Shown: positions 18,464-28,947 of the stretch, one piece after another | Numbering within the stretch: the stretch's first letter is position 1 | How the letters are laid out: each line of letters opens with the position of its first letter | Assembly (NCBI GenBank): GCA_045586595.1 | Contig: JAZNAQ010000026.1 | Location: 48,200-112,199, forward strand | Direction of reading: 5' to 3' | From: Eubacteriales bacterium | GTDB taxonomy: Bacteria > Bacillota > Clostridia > Oscillospirales > JAAYXM01 | DNA: 64,000 nt | Notes under the pieces: generated by a model | Told to the model about the DNA's origin: nothing | Database searches by the model: none | The model's input: the letters and a program-made list of their open reading frames with translations, nothing else | Position numbers and translations under genes: made by a program

Positions 18464-19351
18464 ATGCTTTCAAAGTGTATGCTGTGCCCTAGGGGGTGCG
18501 GAGTTGACCGGACAAGCGGGCAACTCGGCTTCTGTGGTGCGGATAAAAAAGTAAAGATAGCGCGCGCGGCATTACATTTTTGGGAAGAACCGTGTATTTC
18601 GGGCGAAAACGGCTCAGGCACGGTCTTCTTTTCATGCTGCAATATGAAATGTGTATACTGCCAGAATTACAGTATAAGCACACAAAATAAAGGTGTGGAA
18701 GTATCTGTTCGGGAGCTTTCGGACAAGTTTTTAATGTTGCAGGAGCAGGGGGCAAATAATATAAATCTGGTAACACCTACACACTTTGTTCCGCAGATAA
18801 TTGAGGCGCTTGATATTGCAAAGAGCCGTGGGCTCGTTTTGCCTGTTGTCTATAATTCGAGCGGGTATGAAAGCGTAGAAACACTAAAGCTGCTTAAAGG
18901 ATATGTAGATATCTATATGCCAGATATGAAGTACTGCTCTGATAAATACGCAATTGAATATTCCGCCGCACCGGACTATTTTAATATTGCAAAACGTGCA
19001 GTTTCTGAAATGTTCAAGCAAGTTGGTAAGCCTGTTTTTGATGAGCGGGGAATTATGCTAAGTGGCGTAATTGTACGTCATATGATGCTGCCTGGTATGC
19101 TTTCGGATACAAAGAAAATACTCGATTACCTGTACGATACATATAAAGACGATATTTACATAAGCCTTATGAGCCAATATACGCCCATGCCTAATGTAAA
19201 GGATTTTCCAAAGCTTAACCGGAGGCTGAACCAAAAGCACTATGAAGCAATGGTCAATTATTGTCTAGATATGGGCATAAAAAATGCATTTATTCAAGAT
19301 GGTGAATCGGCAAGCGAAAGCTTTATACCTGATTTTAAAACAGATATATGA
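18464..19351 (+). CDS. Radical SAM protein, PflX-like
   Basis: CMLCPRGC, HFWEEPCISG, CNMKCVYCQN (CxxxCxxC), NINLVTPTH. Confidence 0.88.
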   Translation: MLSKCMLCPRGCGVDRTSGQLGFCGADKKVKIARAALHFWEEPCISGENGSGTVFFSCCNMKCVYCQNYSISTQNKGVEVSVRELSDKFLMLQEQGANNINLVTPTHFVPQIIEALDIAKSRGLVLPVVYNSSGYESVETLKLLKGYVDIYMPDMKYCSDKYAIEYSAAPDYFNIAKRAVSEMFKQVGKPVFDERGIMLSGVIVRHMMLPGMLSDTKKILDYLYDTYKDDIYISLMSQYTPMPNVKDFPKLNRRLNQKHYEAMVNYCLDMGIKNAFIQDGESASESFIPDFKTDI

Positions 19352-19372
19352 TAAAACAGGGGAGTTGTATTT

Positions 19373-19849
19373 ATGGTAACCCATCCTTTCCCTCCGCTAT
19401 ATAATAGGGATTCAAAGGTGCTTATACTTGGTAGCTTTCCGTCTGTCAAATCCCGTGAGCAGATGTTTTTTTACGGACACCCGCAAAACAGATTCTGGAG
19501 GGTTGTTTCTGCGGTTTTTGGATGTGATGCTCCATCTACAATCGCAGAAAAATGCGAGTTTCTTCTTTCACATGGCATTGCGCTTTGGGACGTTGTTGCA
19601 TCGTGTGAAATAACAGGCAGTTCTGACAGCTCTATAAAAAATGTCACTGCAAATGACTTATCAAAAATCTTGAATTCGGCAAACATAAGCAGGATATTTG
19701 TGAACGGAAAGACCGCAGAAAAGTACTATAATAAATATACTAAAAACAAAACCGGAAGAGAGGCCGTTTGCCTTCCTTCAACATCTCCTGCCAACGCTGC
19801 CTGGTCGTTTGAGAGGCTTGTTGATGCATGGGGAGTTATAGCTGAATGA
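19373..19849 (+). CDS. DNA-deoxyinosine (hypoxanthine) glycosylase, UDG superfamily
   Basis: LILGSFPSVKS, FYGHPQNRFW, LWDVVASC, LPSTSPANA. Confidence 0.9.
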   Translation: MVTHPFPPLYNRDSKVLILGSFPSVKSREQMFFYGHPQNRFWRVVSAVFGCDAPSTIAEKCEFLLSHGIALWDVVASCEITGSSDSSIKNVTANDLSKILNSANISRIFVNGKTAEKYYNKYTKNKTGREAVCLPSTSPANAAWSFERLVDAWGVIAE

Positions 19850-19859
19850 ATGGGAGAAA

Positions 19860-19893
19860 AAACAAGCACTTGTTTATACACAAGTGCTTGTTT
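19860..19893. terminator. Bidirectional terminator
   Basis: AAACAAGCACTTG/CAAGTGCTTGTTT between convergent genes. Confidence 0.85.
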
Positions 19894-19927
19894 GCTTTTT
19901 GATTAAATGTACTTTTGTTTACTTGTA

Positions 19928-22555
19928 TTACTTGTTTGAGATAGCTGCCTGAGCTGCTGCAAGGCGAGCAATCGGAACGCGGAACGGTGAGCAAGAAACA
20001 TAGTCAAGACCAAGCTTGTGGCAGAACTCAACTGATGTCGGGTCGCCACCGTGCTCGCCGCAGATACCGAGATGGAGGTCTGCGTTAACCGGATTTGCAA
20101 GTTTGATAGCAGTTTCCATAAGCTTACCTACGCCTGTCTGGTCAAGCTTTGCAAACGGGTCGTTCTCAAAAATCTTTGCATCGTAGTATGCAGAGAGGAA
20201 CTTGCCTGCGTCGTCGCGTGAGAAGCCGTATGTCATCTGTGTGAGGTCATTTGTACCGAAGCAGAAGAAGTCAGCATCTTTTGCTATATCGTCAGCAGTG
20301 AGGGCTGCACGCGGTATCTCGATCATTGTACCAACCTCATACTTAAGGTCAGCACCTGCGTTTGCGATTTCAGCATCAGCAGTCTCAACAACAAAGTTCT
20401 TAACGTACTTGAGCTCCTTGACTTCGCCTACAAGCGGAATCATGATTTCGGGCTTTACATTCCAATCCGGATGCTTCTTCTGTACATTAATAGCAGCGCG
20501 GATAACAGCAGCAGTCTGCATCTTTGCGATTTCAGGATATGTTACTGCAAGTCGGCAGCCACGGTGACCCATCATCGGGTTGAATTCGTGGAGAGAAGCG
20601 ATGAGTTCTTTTATAGACTCAACGCTCTTGCTCTGAGCAGCGGCGAGTGCTGCAATGTCAGCTTCTTCTGTCGGAACGAACTCATGAAGCGGCGGGTCGA
20701 GGAAACGGATACAAACCGGTGTACCCTCAAGAGCCTCAAAGAGAGCTTCAAAGTCAGCCTGCTGCATGGGAAGAATCTTCGCAAGGGCAGCTTCTCTCTC
20801 TGCAACAGTTTCGGAGCAAATCATTTCTCTGAATGCTGCGATTCGGTCTGCTTCAAAGAACATATGCTCTGTGCGGCAGAGGCCGATGCCCTCAGCGCCG
20901 AGCTCACGAGCCTTCTTTGCATCTGCGGGAGTATCTGCGTTTGTACGAACCTTAAGCTTTCTGTACTTATCAGCCCAAGCCATTATGCGGCCAAACTCAC
21001 CGGCGATTGTAGCATCAACTGTCGGGATAATTCCGTCATAGATGTTACCTGTAGAACCGTCAATAGAGATGTAATCGCCCTCAAAGAATGTCTTTCCGGC
21101 AAGTTCAAACTTCTTGTTTTCTTCATCCATCTTGATGTCGCCGCAACCGGATACACAGCAAGTACCCATACCGCGGGCAACAACAGCTGCGTGAGAGGTC
21201 ATACCACCGCGTACGGTGAGAATACCCTGGGAGGCCTTCATACCTGTAATATCCTCAGGTGATGTTTCGAGGCGAACAAGAACAACCTTTTCGCCGCGTG
21301 CCTTCCAAGCCTCTGCATCGTCAGCGGTAAATACAATTTTTCCGCAGGCAGCGCCCGGAGAAGCACCGAGACCCCTGCCGATAGGAGTAGCAGCTTTGAG
21401 AGCCTTTGTATCAAACTGCGGGTGGAGAAGTGTGTCAAGGTTTCTCGGGTCAATCATGAGAACAGCTTCCTGTTCTGTTTTCATGCCTTCATCAACGAGG
21501 TCGCAAGCAATCTTAAGAGCAGCCTGAGCTGTTCTCTTACCATTACGGGTCTGAAGCATATAAAGCTTTTCGTTTTCAACGGTAAACTCCATATCCTGCA
21601 TATCGTGGTAATGGTCTTCGAGTCTCTTGCAGACAGCCTTAAACTCAGCAAAGGCAGCAGGGAACTTCTGTTCCATTTCGTCAATCTTCATAGGTGTTCT
21701 GACGCCGGCAACAACGTCTTCGCCCTGTGCATTTACGAGGAATTCACCCATGAGCTTCTTTTCGCCTGTTGCAGGGTCGCGTGTGAATGCAACACCTGTG
21801 CCGCAATTATCGCCCATGTTACCAAATGCCATCATCTGTACGTTTACTGCGGTACCCCATGAGTAGGGAATATCGTTATCACGTCTGTAAACATTTGCGC
21901 GCGGGTTGTTCCATGAACGGAAAACAGCCTTAACTGCGCCGATAAGCTGTTCTTTCGGGTCAGAGGGGAAATCTGCACCGATTTTTGATTTATACTCAGC
22001 TTTAAACTGCATAGCGAGCTGCTTGAGGTCATCAGCTGTGAGGTCAACGTCAGAAGTAACGCCTTTTTCCTCTTTCATATTGTCGATGAGCTGCTCAAAA
22101 TACTTCTTGCCAACTTCCATAACAACGTCGGAATACATCTGAATAAATCTTCTGTAGCAGTCCCATGCCCATCTGGGGTTGCCGGATTTCTTCGCCATTA
22201 CTTCAACAACGTCGTCGTTAAGGCCGAGGTTGAGGATTGTGTCCATCATACCCGGCATTGAAGCACGGGCACCTGAACGAACTGAGACAAGAAGCGGATT
22301 TTCGTTGTCGCCGAATTTCTTTCCGCAAATCTCCTCAAGTTTTACTATGTAATCAAAAATTTCACGCTCAATCTCCGGTGCAATCATCTCACCGTCATCA
22401 TAGTAGCGTGTGCAGGCTTCTGTTGTTACAGTGAAGCCCTGGGGTACGGGCATACCGAGGCTCGTCATTTCTGCAAGGTTCGCACCTTTACCGCCGAGGA
22501 GCTCGCGCATTGTTCCGTTGCCCTCCGAGAACAAATAAACGTACTTAGTTCCCAT
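19928..22555 (-). CDS. ppdK: Pyruvate phosphate dikinase
   Basis: LLGGKGANLAEM, VSVRSGARASMPGMMDT, GGMTSHAAVVARG, GIGLCRTEHMF, GICGEHGGDP; start probably 22555. Confidence 0.98.
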   Translation of the reverse strand: MGTKYVYLFSEGNGTMRELLGGKGANLAEMTSLGMPVPQGFTVTTEACTRYYDDGEMIAPEIEREIFDYIVKLEEICGKKFGDNENPLLVSVRSGARASMPGMMDTILNLGLNDDVVEVMAKKSGNPRWAWDCYRRFIQMYSDVVMEVGKKYFEQLIDNMKEEKGVTSDVDLTADDLKQLAMQFKAEYKSKIGADFPSDPKEQLIGAVKAVFRSWNNPRANVYRRDNDIPYSWGTAVNVQMMAFGNMGDNCGTGVAFTRDPATGEKKLMGEFLVNAQGEDVVAGVRTPMKIDEMEQKFPAAFAEFKAVCKRLEDHYHDMQDMEFTVENEKLYMLQTRNGKRTAQAALKIACDLVDEGMKTEQEAVLMIDPRNLDTLLHPQFDTKALKAATPIGRGLGASPGAACGKIVFTADDAEAWKARGEKVVLVRLETSPEDITGMKASQGILTVRGGMTSHAAVVARGMGTCCVSGCGDIKMDEENKKFELAGKTFFEGDYISIDGSTGNIYDGIIPTVDATIAGEFGRIMAWADKYRKLKVRTNADTPADAKKARELGAEGIGLCRTEHMFFEADRIAAFREMICSETVAEREAALAKILPMQQADFEALFEALEGTPVCIRFLDPPLHEFVPTEEADIAALAAAQSKSVESIKELIASLHEFNPMMGHRGCRLAVTYPEIAKMQTAAVIRAAINVQKKHPDWNVKPEIMIPLVGEVKELKYVKNFVVETADAEIANAGADLKYEVGTMIEIPRAALTADDIAKDADFFCFGTNDLTQMTYGFSRDDAGKFLSAYYDAKIFENDPFAKLDQTGVGKLMETAIKLANPVNADLHLGICGEHGGDPTSVEFCHKLGLDYVSCSPFRVPIARLAAAQAAISNK

Positions 22556-22620
22556 AACCATCATCCCTTTCTTTTGTTTATCTAAAATAGTATAACACAA
22601 ATATTAAAAAAAAGCTACTA

Positions 22621-22658
22621 AAAAATAACCACTTGATAAAAATCAAGTGGTTATTTTT
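22621..22658 (-). terminator. Terminator after the dacF-like gene
   Basis: AAAAATAACCACTTGAT/ATCAAGTGGTTATTTTT 17-bp inverted repeat. Confidence 0.85.
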
Positions 22659-23785
22659 TAGCGCATAAAGATTTTTGAAATTATTTTTTTGAAAACGCCG
22701 CCTGTTCCGAGGCGTTGGACACTTTCTGCAGCAACAATCGGCACTTCGGAAAGAACGGTTTCTCCCGACATAATTCTGACAGTTCCTACGCGTTGTCCTT
22801 GTTCTACAGGTGCTTTTACGTCATTGGGAAGCTCAGTGGTTTGGGTTATTCCTGATATATTACTTTTTTCAACTAACAACGCGGGTGAAGAACCGAAATC
22901 AAGAGGTACGGTTTCGTTAATTCCGAGGATAACAGGAATAGGTGCGAGTTCAAGATCGTTTGCTCCGTTGTAAAGTGTGTAGTTTGCAAAACCATAATCA
23001 AGAAGCTTTGATGCATCGGAAAAACGCTCTTTACTTGATGGAGCTGCCATGATTGTTGAAATCAGCTCCATGCCGTCTCGCTCTGCTGTTGCAGAAAGAC
23101 AGAATTTTGCAACAGAGGTGGACCCTGTTTTCAGTCCTGTAATGCCCTTGTATGAACGAATCAGCTTATTTGTATTTGCGAGTTGGAAAGCACCGTCACG
23201 AAGTGTGTCCATCCAAACTATTGTATAATTTTTTATCTTATCATGCTTTATAAGCTCACGCGACATCAATGCAATATCGTATGCACTTGTGACGTGTCCG
23301 TCTGCATCGAGGCCGGTACAGTTTTTGAATGTTGTATCGTTCATTCCGAGTTCTTTTGCCTTTTCATTCATGAGCCCAACAAATCCCGCTTCGGTTCCTG
23401 CAATGTGCTCCGCAAGCGCAACGGCGCTATCGTTACCGGATGAAATTACCGTAGCCTTTAACATATCATTTACGCTCATTTGCTCTCCGGGAGACAGAAA
23501 GACTTGTGAGCCGCCCATACCTGCCGCATATTCACTTACACTTACCATGTCATCAAGAGAAATTTTACCCGAATCTATAGCTTCCATTACAAGAAGCAGA
23601 GTCATAACTTTTGTTACGCTGGCAGGCGGTAGCTTTTTGTGTGAATCTTTCTGATAAAGAACCGTACCTGTGTCGCGTTCCATAAGTACTGCGGCGGGAG
23701 AAACAAGCTCGGGAGCAGCAGGCGCAGCAAATGCGGACGAAACAGTTAGCATGAGAGTAAATACAATACTGATTAGACGTTTCAA
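22658..23785 (-). CDS. dacF: D-alanyl-D-alanine carboxypeptidase (DacF-like, S11)
   Basis: Signal peptide; PASVTK (SxxK), SGN, KTG motifs; MGGSQVFLSPGE typical of DacF. Confidence 0.8.
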   Translation of the reverse strand: MKRLISIVFTLMLTVSSAFAAPAAPELVSPAAVLMERDTGTVLYQKDSHKKLPPASVTKVMTLLLVMEAIDSGKISLDDMVSVSEYAAGMGGSQVFLSPGEQMSVNDMLKATVISSGNDSAVALAEHIAGTEAGFVGLMNEKAKELGMNDTTFKNCTGLDADGHVTSAYDIALMSRELIKHDKIKNYTIVWMDTLRDGAFQLANTNKLIRSYKGITGLKTGSTSVAKFCLSATAERDGMELISTIMAAPSSKERFSDASKLLDYGFANYTLYNGANDLELAPIPVILGINETVPLDFGSSPALLVEKSNISGITQTTELPNDVKAPVEQGQRVGTVRIMSGETVLSEVPIVAAESVQRLGTGGVFKKIISKIFMR

Positions 23786-23912
23786 ATTTACACCTCCAAA
23801 ATTTCTTAAAACTCTTGTAAAAACTTATGTGAACACTGCGTGGGTTATGTGAGGTGAGCGTGTACACTTTTTTTCTTTTGGCATAGAATGGGGTGAAGGG
23901 AGCGAATGAGTT

Positions 23913-24167
23913 GTGAAAGGAATTTTATTAACAAGTAAATCCGTAACGTACGCACAGCGAATTGCAAAGACACTTGAAAGAAACGGTATTTCTGCACGAA
24001 TTGTGCGGCCCGATACTGAATTGACAAGAGGCAGTTGTGCGTATGCGGTTAATATATCACAGACCTTTTTACCCGAAGCGGTAGAGGTTTTAAAAATAAA
24101 TAAGCTATTTCCGGTAAGGGTTATTCTTGTTGAGCGGGATGGGGCGTACAGGGAGATAAGGGTATGA
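23913..24167 (+). CDS. DUF3343 family (putative Se/S carrier-like) protein
   Basis: SVTYAQR..LERNGI..P....GSCAYAV; overlaps the desulfurase start (ATGA). Confidence 0.7.
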   Translation: MKGILLTSKSVTYAQRIAKTLERNGISARIVRPDTELTRGSCAYAVNISQTFLPEAVEVLKINKLFPVRVILVERDGAYREIRV

Positions 24168-25303
24168 TATATCTTGATAACGCTGCAACTACACTACAAA
24201 AACCGCCTGCAGTCAGAGAAGCGATGTTGAAAGCTTTTGATACATGTGCAAACGCAGGGCGAGGAGGATATGAAGGTGCCTTAACTGCGGAAGAATATGT
24301 TTATACTGCACGGGAGCGTGCGGCAAATCTTTTTGGAGTACAGAACCCTGAGGAAATTGTATTTACACATAATGCCACACATGCGCTTAATATCGCGATT
24401 AAAGGACTTGCAAGCCGGGGGAATTGTGTTATATCTGGCTATGAACATAACTCTGTTCTTAGGCCCGTTTTTTCTCTTAAAAACTTCGGAGTGAATTATA
24501 CTGTGGCACGCGGAAGACTTTTTGACAGAGAAGATATGATACAAAAATTCAAAAAGGCAATAAAACGAAATACAAAATTTGCTGTTTGTACACATATGTC
24601 AAATGTCTTTGGGTACATTTTACCGATTCAAGAAATTGATGAACTGTGCTATAAGAAGGGCATACCGCTTATAATTGACGCTTCTCAATCAGCCGGCAGT
24701 ATTTCTATAAAAATGTCAGAGCTTCGAGCAACGGTATGTATCTGTGCTCCCGGGCATAAGGGGCTGTACGGCCCGCAAGGTACGGGGATTCTTGCTTGCA
24801 GAAACGGAGAGAAGCTTAAAACCTTTATAGAGGGCGGAACTGGTAGTGTGTCTGCTGAAATACGGCAGCCTGAATTTATGCCCGACAGATTTGAAAGCGG
24901 AACTCAGAATATACCCGGAATTGCAGGCCTCTCGGAAGGAGTGCTTTATGTACTGGAAAAAGGCACAGAAAAAATACTTAACTATGAGAGAAAGCTTATC
25001 AGATATATAGCAAACGAACTTATAAAAATACCCCCAATTAAGGTATATGCGGCGAAAGATAGCTTGCTTCAGGGCGGTGTTTTATCTTTTACTGCAGATA
25101 ACACAAGCGTAGAGGAAATAGCGTTTTTGTTATCAGATTTAGACATTGCTGTCAGAAGTGGTATACATTGTTCTCCGCTTGCCCATGAAACAGTTGGTAC
25201 GACAGGGGGAACCGTGCGTGTAAGTGTGAGTGACTTTACAACAGAAAAGAATGTTGAACTGTTTGTTGATACTATAAGAAGAATAATTCAGAAAAAATAT
25301 TGA
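24164..25303 (+). CDS. Class V PLP aminotransferase / cysteine desulfurase family
   Basis: MIYLDNAATT, IDASQSAG, APGHKGLYGPQG, VRSGIHCSP. Confidence 0.9.
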   Translation: MIYLDNAATTLQKPPAVREAMLKAFDTCANAGRGGYEGALTAEEYVYTARERAANLFGVQNPEEIVFTHNATHALNIAIKGLASRGNCVISGYEHNSVLRPVFSLKNFGVNYTVARGRLFDREDMIQKFKKAIKRNTKFAVCTHMSNVFGYILPIQEIDELCYKKGIPLIIDASQSAGSISIKMSELRATVCICAPGHKGLYGPQGTGILACRNGEKLKTFIEGGTGSVSAEIRQPEFMPDRFESGTQNIPGIAGLSEGVLYVLEKGTEKILNYERKLIRYIANELIKIPPIKVYAAKDSLLQGGVLSFTADNTSVEEIAFLLSDLDIAVRSGIHCSPLAHETVGTTGGTVRVSVSDFTTEKNVELFVDTIRRIIQKKY

Positions 25304-25394
25304 AAATTTCTGTTAATTATTAAAAAAAGTGTTTCCAAATAGGAGGGAGATGTGGTATTATTATATTACTGAAGAAGAGAGGAAGGGTGATTAG

Positions 25395-26255
25395 GTGGAT
25401 ATTTTAAATCAAATTATAAGATATGTTACTATGTTCGGTATTTGGGATGCTGTTGATATTATTATAGTGGCATATATTCTCTATAAGCTTATCACCTTTT
25501 CGCGGCGTACAAATGCAGGACAGGTTATAAAGGGAATTGTGCTTTTTTTGGTTATTGCCCAGCTTTCAAATTTGCTTGGTCTTAACGTGTTGAATTTTCT
25601 GCTTGTCAATACTATGCAGCTCGGTCTTCTTGCTCTCGTAGTTCTCTTTCAACCTGAGCTACGAAAAGCGTTTGAGCGGTTTGGAGTAAAGCTTTTTCCG
25701 CAGTTTTCGTTTGACCGTACTTCAGATGCATCTGAGTTAGAACACGCTATTTTGCAGACGGTTGATGCTTGCAAAAATTTATCGTGGACAAGAACCGGGG
25801 CTTTGATTGTGTTCGAGCGGGAAATTCTGCTTAATAATATCGTCAAGACAGGGACTGTGATTGATTCGAAAGTAAGCTCGGAGCTTTTGAAGAATGTATT
25901 TTATCCAAAAGCGCCGCTTCATGACGGGGCACTTATCGTTCAAAAGGGCAGAGTTGCGGCGGCTGGCTGTATGCTTCCTCTTTCTGGGAATACAAATCTC
26001 AGCAAGCAACTAGGTATGCGTCACCGAGCAGGGGTAGGCATGAGTGAAAACTCAGATGCTGTTGTAGTTGTTGTTTCCGAAGAAACCGGCTCGGTTTCAG
26101 TTGCAATAGGAGGGATGTTAAAACGCCATCTTGCTCCGGAGACGCTCGAAAAGCTTCTCAGAAACGAGCTTATGCCCAATAAGGTTGAAAACAAAAAGAA
26201 CAATATATTATCAAGCATTTTTTTGCACAAAAAAGTAAGTGAAAATAAAGAGTGA
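25395..26255 (+). CDS. cdaA: Diadenylate cyclase CdaA/DacA
   Basis: Three TMs, FQPELR, PLHDGA, GMRHRA, VSEETG. Confidence 0.95.
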   Translation: MDILNQIIRYVTMFGIWDAVDIIIVAYILYKLITFSRRTNAGQVIKGIVLFLVIAQLSNLLGLNVLNFLLVNTMQLGLLALVVLFQPELRKAFERFGVKLFPQFSFDRTSDASELEHAILQTVDACKNLSWTRTGALIVFEREILLNNIVKTGTVIDSKVSSELLKNVFYPKAPLHDGALIVQKGRVAAAGCMLPLSGNTNLSKQLGMRHRAGVGMSENSDAVVVVVSEETGSVSVAIGGMLKRHLAPETLEKLLRNELMPNKVENKKNNILSSIFLHKKVSENKE

Positions 26256-26274
26256 AAGGACAGTGAGCAGTAAT

Positions 26275-27504
26275 ATGGCATGGCTGAAAAAATACGATGT
26301 TCTTTCAAAAGTGATTTCTGTTTTAATTGCAGCAGTACTTTGGTTTTATGTTGTAAGTGTCAATAATTTTGAAGAGAACTATAAAATCAGAAATATTGTG
26401 CCTACTTTTGTTGGGGCAGAAGAACTGATGACTTCAAAAAACCTGATGGTGGTGGGTGATTATTCGGTTGATATAGAAATCTCGGGTAAGCGCAGCGATA
26501 TTTTGTCAATAAATGTGTCAGACATACAGGTTGAGGTTGATTTGTTAAGTATAACAAGTGCAGGTACATACGAGCTGCCATACACGGTGACTTTGCCGTC
26601 TTCTGCCTATACATTACGAAACAAAAGCCCCCAGAAGCTGAGTGTTAAGTTTGATGAAGAAGATGTAAGTTCCGTTCCGGTTAAGATTGCAACAGAAGAT
26701 ATCGCCGCTGAGGGATATGTAGTAGATAAGAGTAATATCAACATTGTTCCTCGCGAGCTTAAGCTTACCGGACTTCAGGAGGAAATCGACCGGATTTCAT
26801 ATGCTGAAGCAAACATTGCGCAAAAGGATGCAAAAACTACAATAGCAGGTAAGTTAACATACAGTTTTTATGATGTTGAAGGAAAGCTTATTAAAAACTC
26901 GTCTGTAAATGCAGACTTTGATACAGTTGATGTTACAATCCCCATACTGAAAACAAAAGAGGTTCCGCTTTCGCTCGAAGTACAAGGGAATGACGACTTT
27001 AAAAAGTATGTAAATTATACATTTGAACCAAAGACTATAAAGGTTGCAGGGGAAGAAAGTGTAATCGAGCAGATGTCAAGCTTTGTTGCAGGAACAGTTA
27101 AAATTTCTGAGATAACGTCAGGCATGGAAAAAACATTTACATTAACACCGCCAGACGGAATTCTTAATCTGAGTGGGGAAGTAACAGCAACTGCTAAAAT
27201 TGAGTTTGATGGTCTTGGTAAAAAATCCGTTAAAACAACGCTTATAGAGCTCATTAACACTTACACACTGCCGGCAGGCTACAAAATCAGACCTGTTACA
27301 ACAAGTATCAATGTAGATATACTTGGTACCGAAGAAGCGCTTGCAAAGGTAAATAGTACTAATGTCCGTGCGGTTGCAGATTTGCAATCTACAGTTTTGA
27401 GCCGCGGAACGCACCCGATAAATGTATCTATCGTGGTGGACGGTGTGCCCGATACTGCGGTTGCAAACATTGAAGAGTATATGATATATGTTGAGGTAAG
27501 CTAA
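26275..27504 (+). CDS. cdaR: CdaR/YbbR family regulator
   Basis: N-terminal TM (SVLIAAVLWFYV), repeated beta-rich YbbR-like domains, directly after cdaA; start uncertain (26263 or 26275). Confidence 0.85.
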   Translation: MAWLKKYDVLSKVISVLIAAVLWFYVVSVNNFEENYKIRNIVPTFVGAEELMTSKNLMVVGDYSVDIEISGKRSDILSINVSDIQVEVDLLSITSAGTYELPYTVTLPSSAYTLRNKSPQKLSVKFDEEDVSSVPVKIATEDIAAEGYVVDKSNINIVPRELKLTGLQEEIDRISYAEANIAQKDAKTTIAGKLTYSFYDVEGKLIKNSSVNADFDTVDVTIPILKTKEVPLSLEVQGNDDFKKYVNYTFEPKTIKVAGEESVIEQMSSFVAGTVKISEITSGMEKTFTLTPPDGILNLSGEVTATAKIEFDGLGKKSVKTTLIELINTYTLPAGYKIRPVTTSINVDILGTEEALAKVNSTNVRAVADLQSTVLSRGTHPINVSIVVDGVPDTAVANIEEYMIYVEVS

Positions 27505-27508
27505 ATAC

Positions 27509-28357
27509 ATGTTCGGATATATTCAACCACTTAAATGTGAATTGAAAATACGCGAATACGATTATTATCGCGCGGCATATTGCGGCTTGTGCAATTCTTT
27601 ACGCACTCGTTGTGGTATTAAAGCGCGATTTATCGTTAATTATGACTTTGTGTTTATTGCACTTATGCTATCTTATGCGGAAAACTACAAAGAAGAAACT
27701 CCAAAAAAACGGTGTATTGTCTGTCCGTCGGGGAGAAACTGCATACAATCGCGAGCTTATGACAAAGCTGCTGATATATCGGTAATTCTGACTTATCTTA
27801 AACTCTGTGACGATATACAAGATGAAGGGTTCTGGCGAGGCCTGTTGTATGCTCGCATCCCGCGAATGTTTCTTTCGGGTGCATATAAAAGAGCTGTAAA
27901 GTCTATCCCCGACTATAACATTCACGCAAAACACCTGTATGACGAGCTTTGTGAACTTGAAAAGAGTAAAACCCCTTCGATTGACGAAACTGCAGACAAG
28001 TTTGCCCTTATGCTTTCAAGCATAGTTGAGGGAAATGAGAAAAAGGACAGAATATTAAAAGAAGTCTTTTACCATATAGGCAGATTTGTATATATAATAG
28101 ATGCGTTGGATGACTTTTCAAAAGATTTTGAAAAGGGAGAGTATAATCCTATAGCAGCGAGGTTCGGGGCTTCCGGAAAAGAATTGCCCGATAATGTAAA
28201 GGATAGCGTACTTACAACGTTGGAACACAGCAAACAGGCTGTTTTGCGTGCATTTGAGCTGTTGGATAAAAAAGATACAGAAAATTTAATTAAAAATATT
28301 ATTGAACTCGGCATGAATGCAGCTGTTTTCAGAGTTTTAAAAAAGGAGAATAAATAA
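27509..28357 (+). CDS. DUF5685 family protein
   Basis: MFGYIQP..ELKIREY..Y...[14 protein letters not shown]....YNP. Confidence 0.75.
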   Translation: MFGYIQPLKCELKIREYDYYRAAYCGLCNSLRTRCGIKARFIVNYDFVFIALMLSYAENYKEETPKKRCIVCPSGRNCIQSRAYDKAADISVILTYLKLCDDIQDEGFWRGLLYARIPRMFLSGAYKRAVKSIPDYNIHAKHLYDELCELEKSKTPSIDETADKFALMLSSIVEGNEKKDRILKEVFYHIGRFVYIIDALDDFSKDFEKGEYNPIAARFGASGKELPDNVKDSVLTTLEHSKQAVLRAFELLDKKDTENLIKNIIELGMNAAVFRVLKKENK

Positions 28358-28929
28358 TGAAGGACCCGTATGAAGTTCTCGGTGTTCCGAACGGTGCCTC
28401 AACCGATGAGGTTAAGCGTGCATACAGAGAACTCGCAAAAAAATATCACCCTGACAACTATATTGACAACCCTCTTGCCGATTTGGCAGAAGAGAAGATG
28501 AAAGAAATTAACGAAGCCTATGATTCGATTGTAAAAGGGCGCGCATCATCAACAAATTCTTCAGGAAGAACTTACTCATCATCTTCATCATATTCTCATT
28601 CAGGAAACGCAAAATACAGCGAAATTCGCAGAGCCATTTCTGAGAATAATATTTATCTTGCCGAAAAGCTTCTCTCGGAATGTGCAATTCATGATGCGGA
28701 GTGGAACTTCCTTATGGGAAGCGTAATGCTTCGTAAGGGCTGGCATGACAATGCGCGAACATACTTTTTAAGGGCATATTCTATGGAGCCTAATAACAGG
28801 GAATATGCTGAGGCGATGAGCAGAATGCAGTATGCCACAAGGGGCACCAACATGGGCGGAGCAATGCTTACCCCGTGCGATTGCTGTACAGGTCTTATGT
28901 GTGCAGATTGCCTTTGTGATTGCTGTTAA
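28357..28929 (+). CDS. J-domain protein with TPR-like region and Cys-rich tail
   Basis: [21 protein letters not shown]; tail [17 protein letters not shown]. Confidence 0.88.
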   Translation: MKDPYEVLGVPNGASTDEVKRAYRELAKKYHPDNYIDNPLADLAEEKMKEINEAYDSIVKGRASSTNSSGRTYSSSSSYSHSGNAKYSEIRRAISENNIYLAEKLLSECAIHDAEWNFLMGSVMLRKGWHDNARTYFLRAYSMEPNNREYAEAMSRMQYATRGTNMGGAMLTPCDCCTGLMCADCLCDCC

Positions 28930-28947
28930 TTATGAGGTGTCACGCAT

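Noticed and set aside
20202-21862. Long + strand ORFs opposite ppdK (up to 263 aa)
   Set aside because: Antisense shadow frames of a codon-biased gene; no RBS or recognisable domains.
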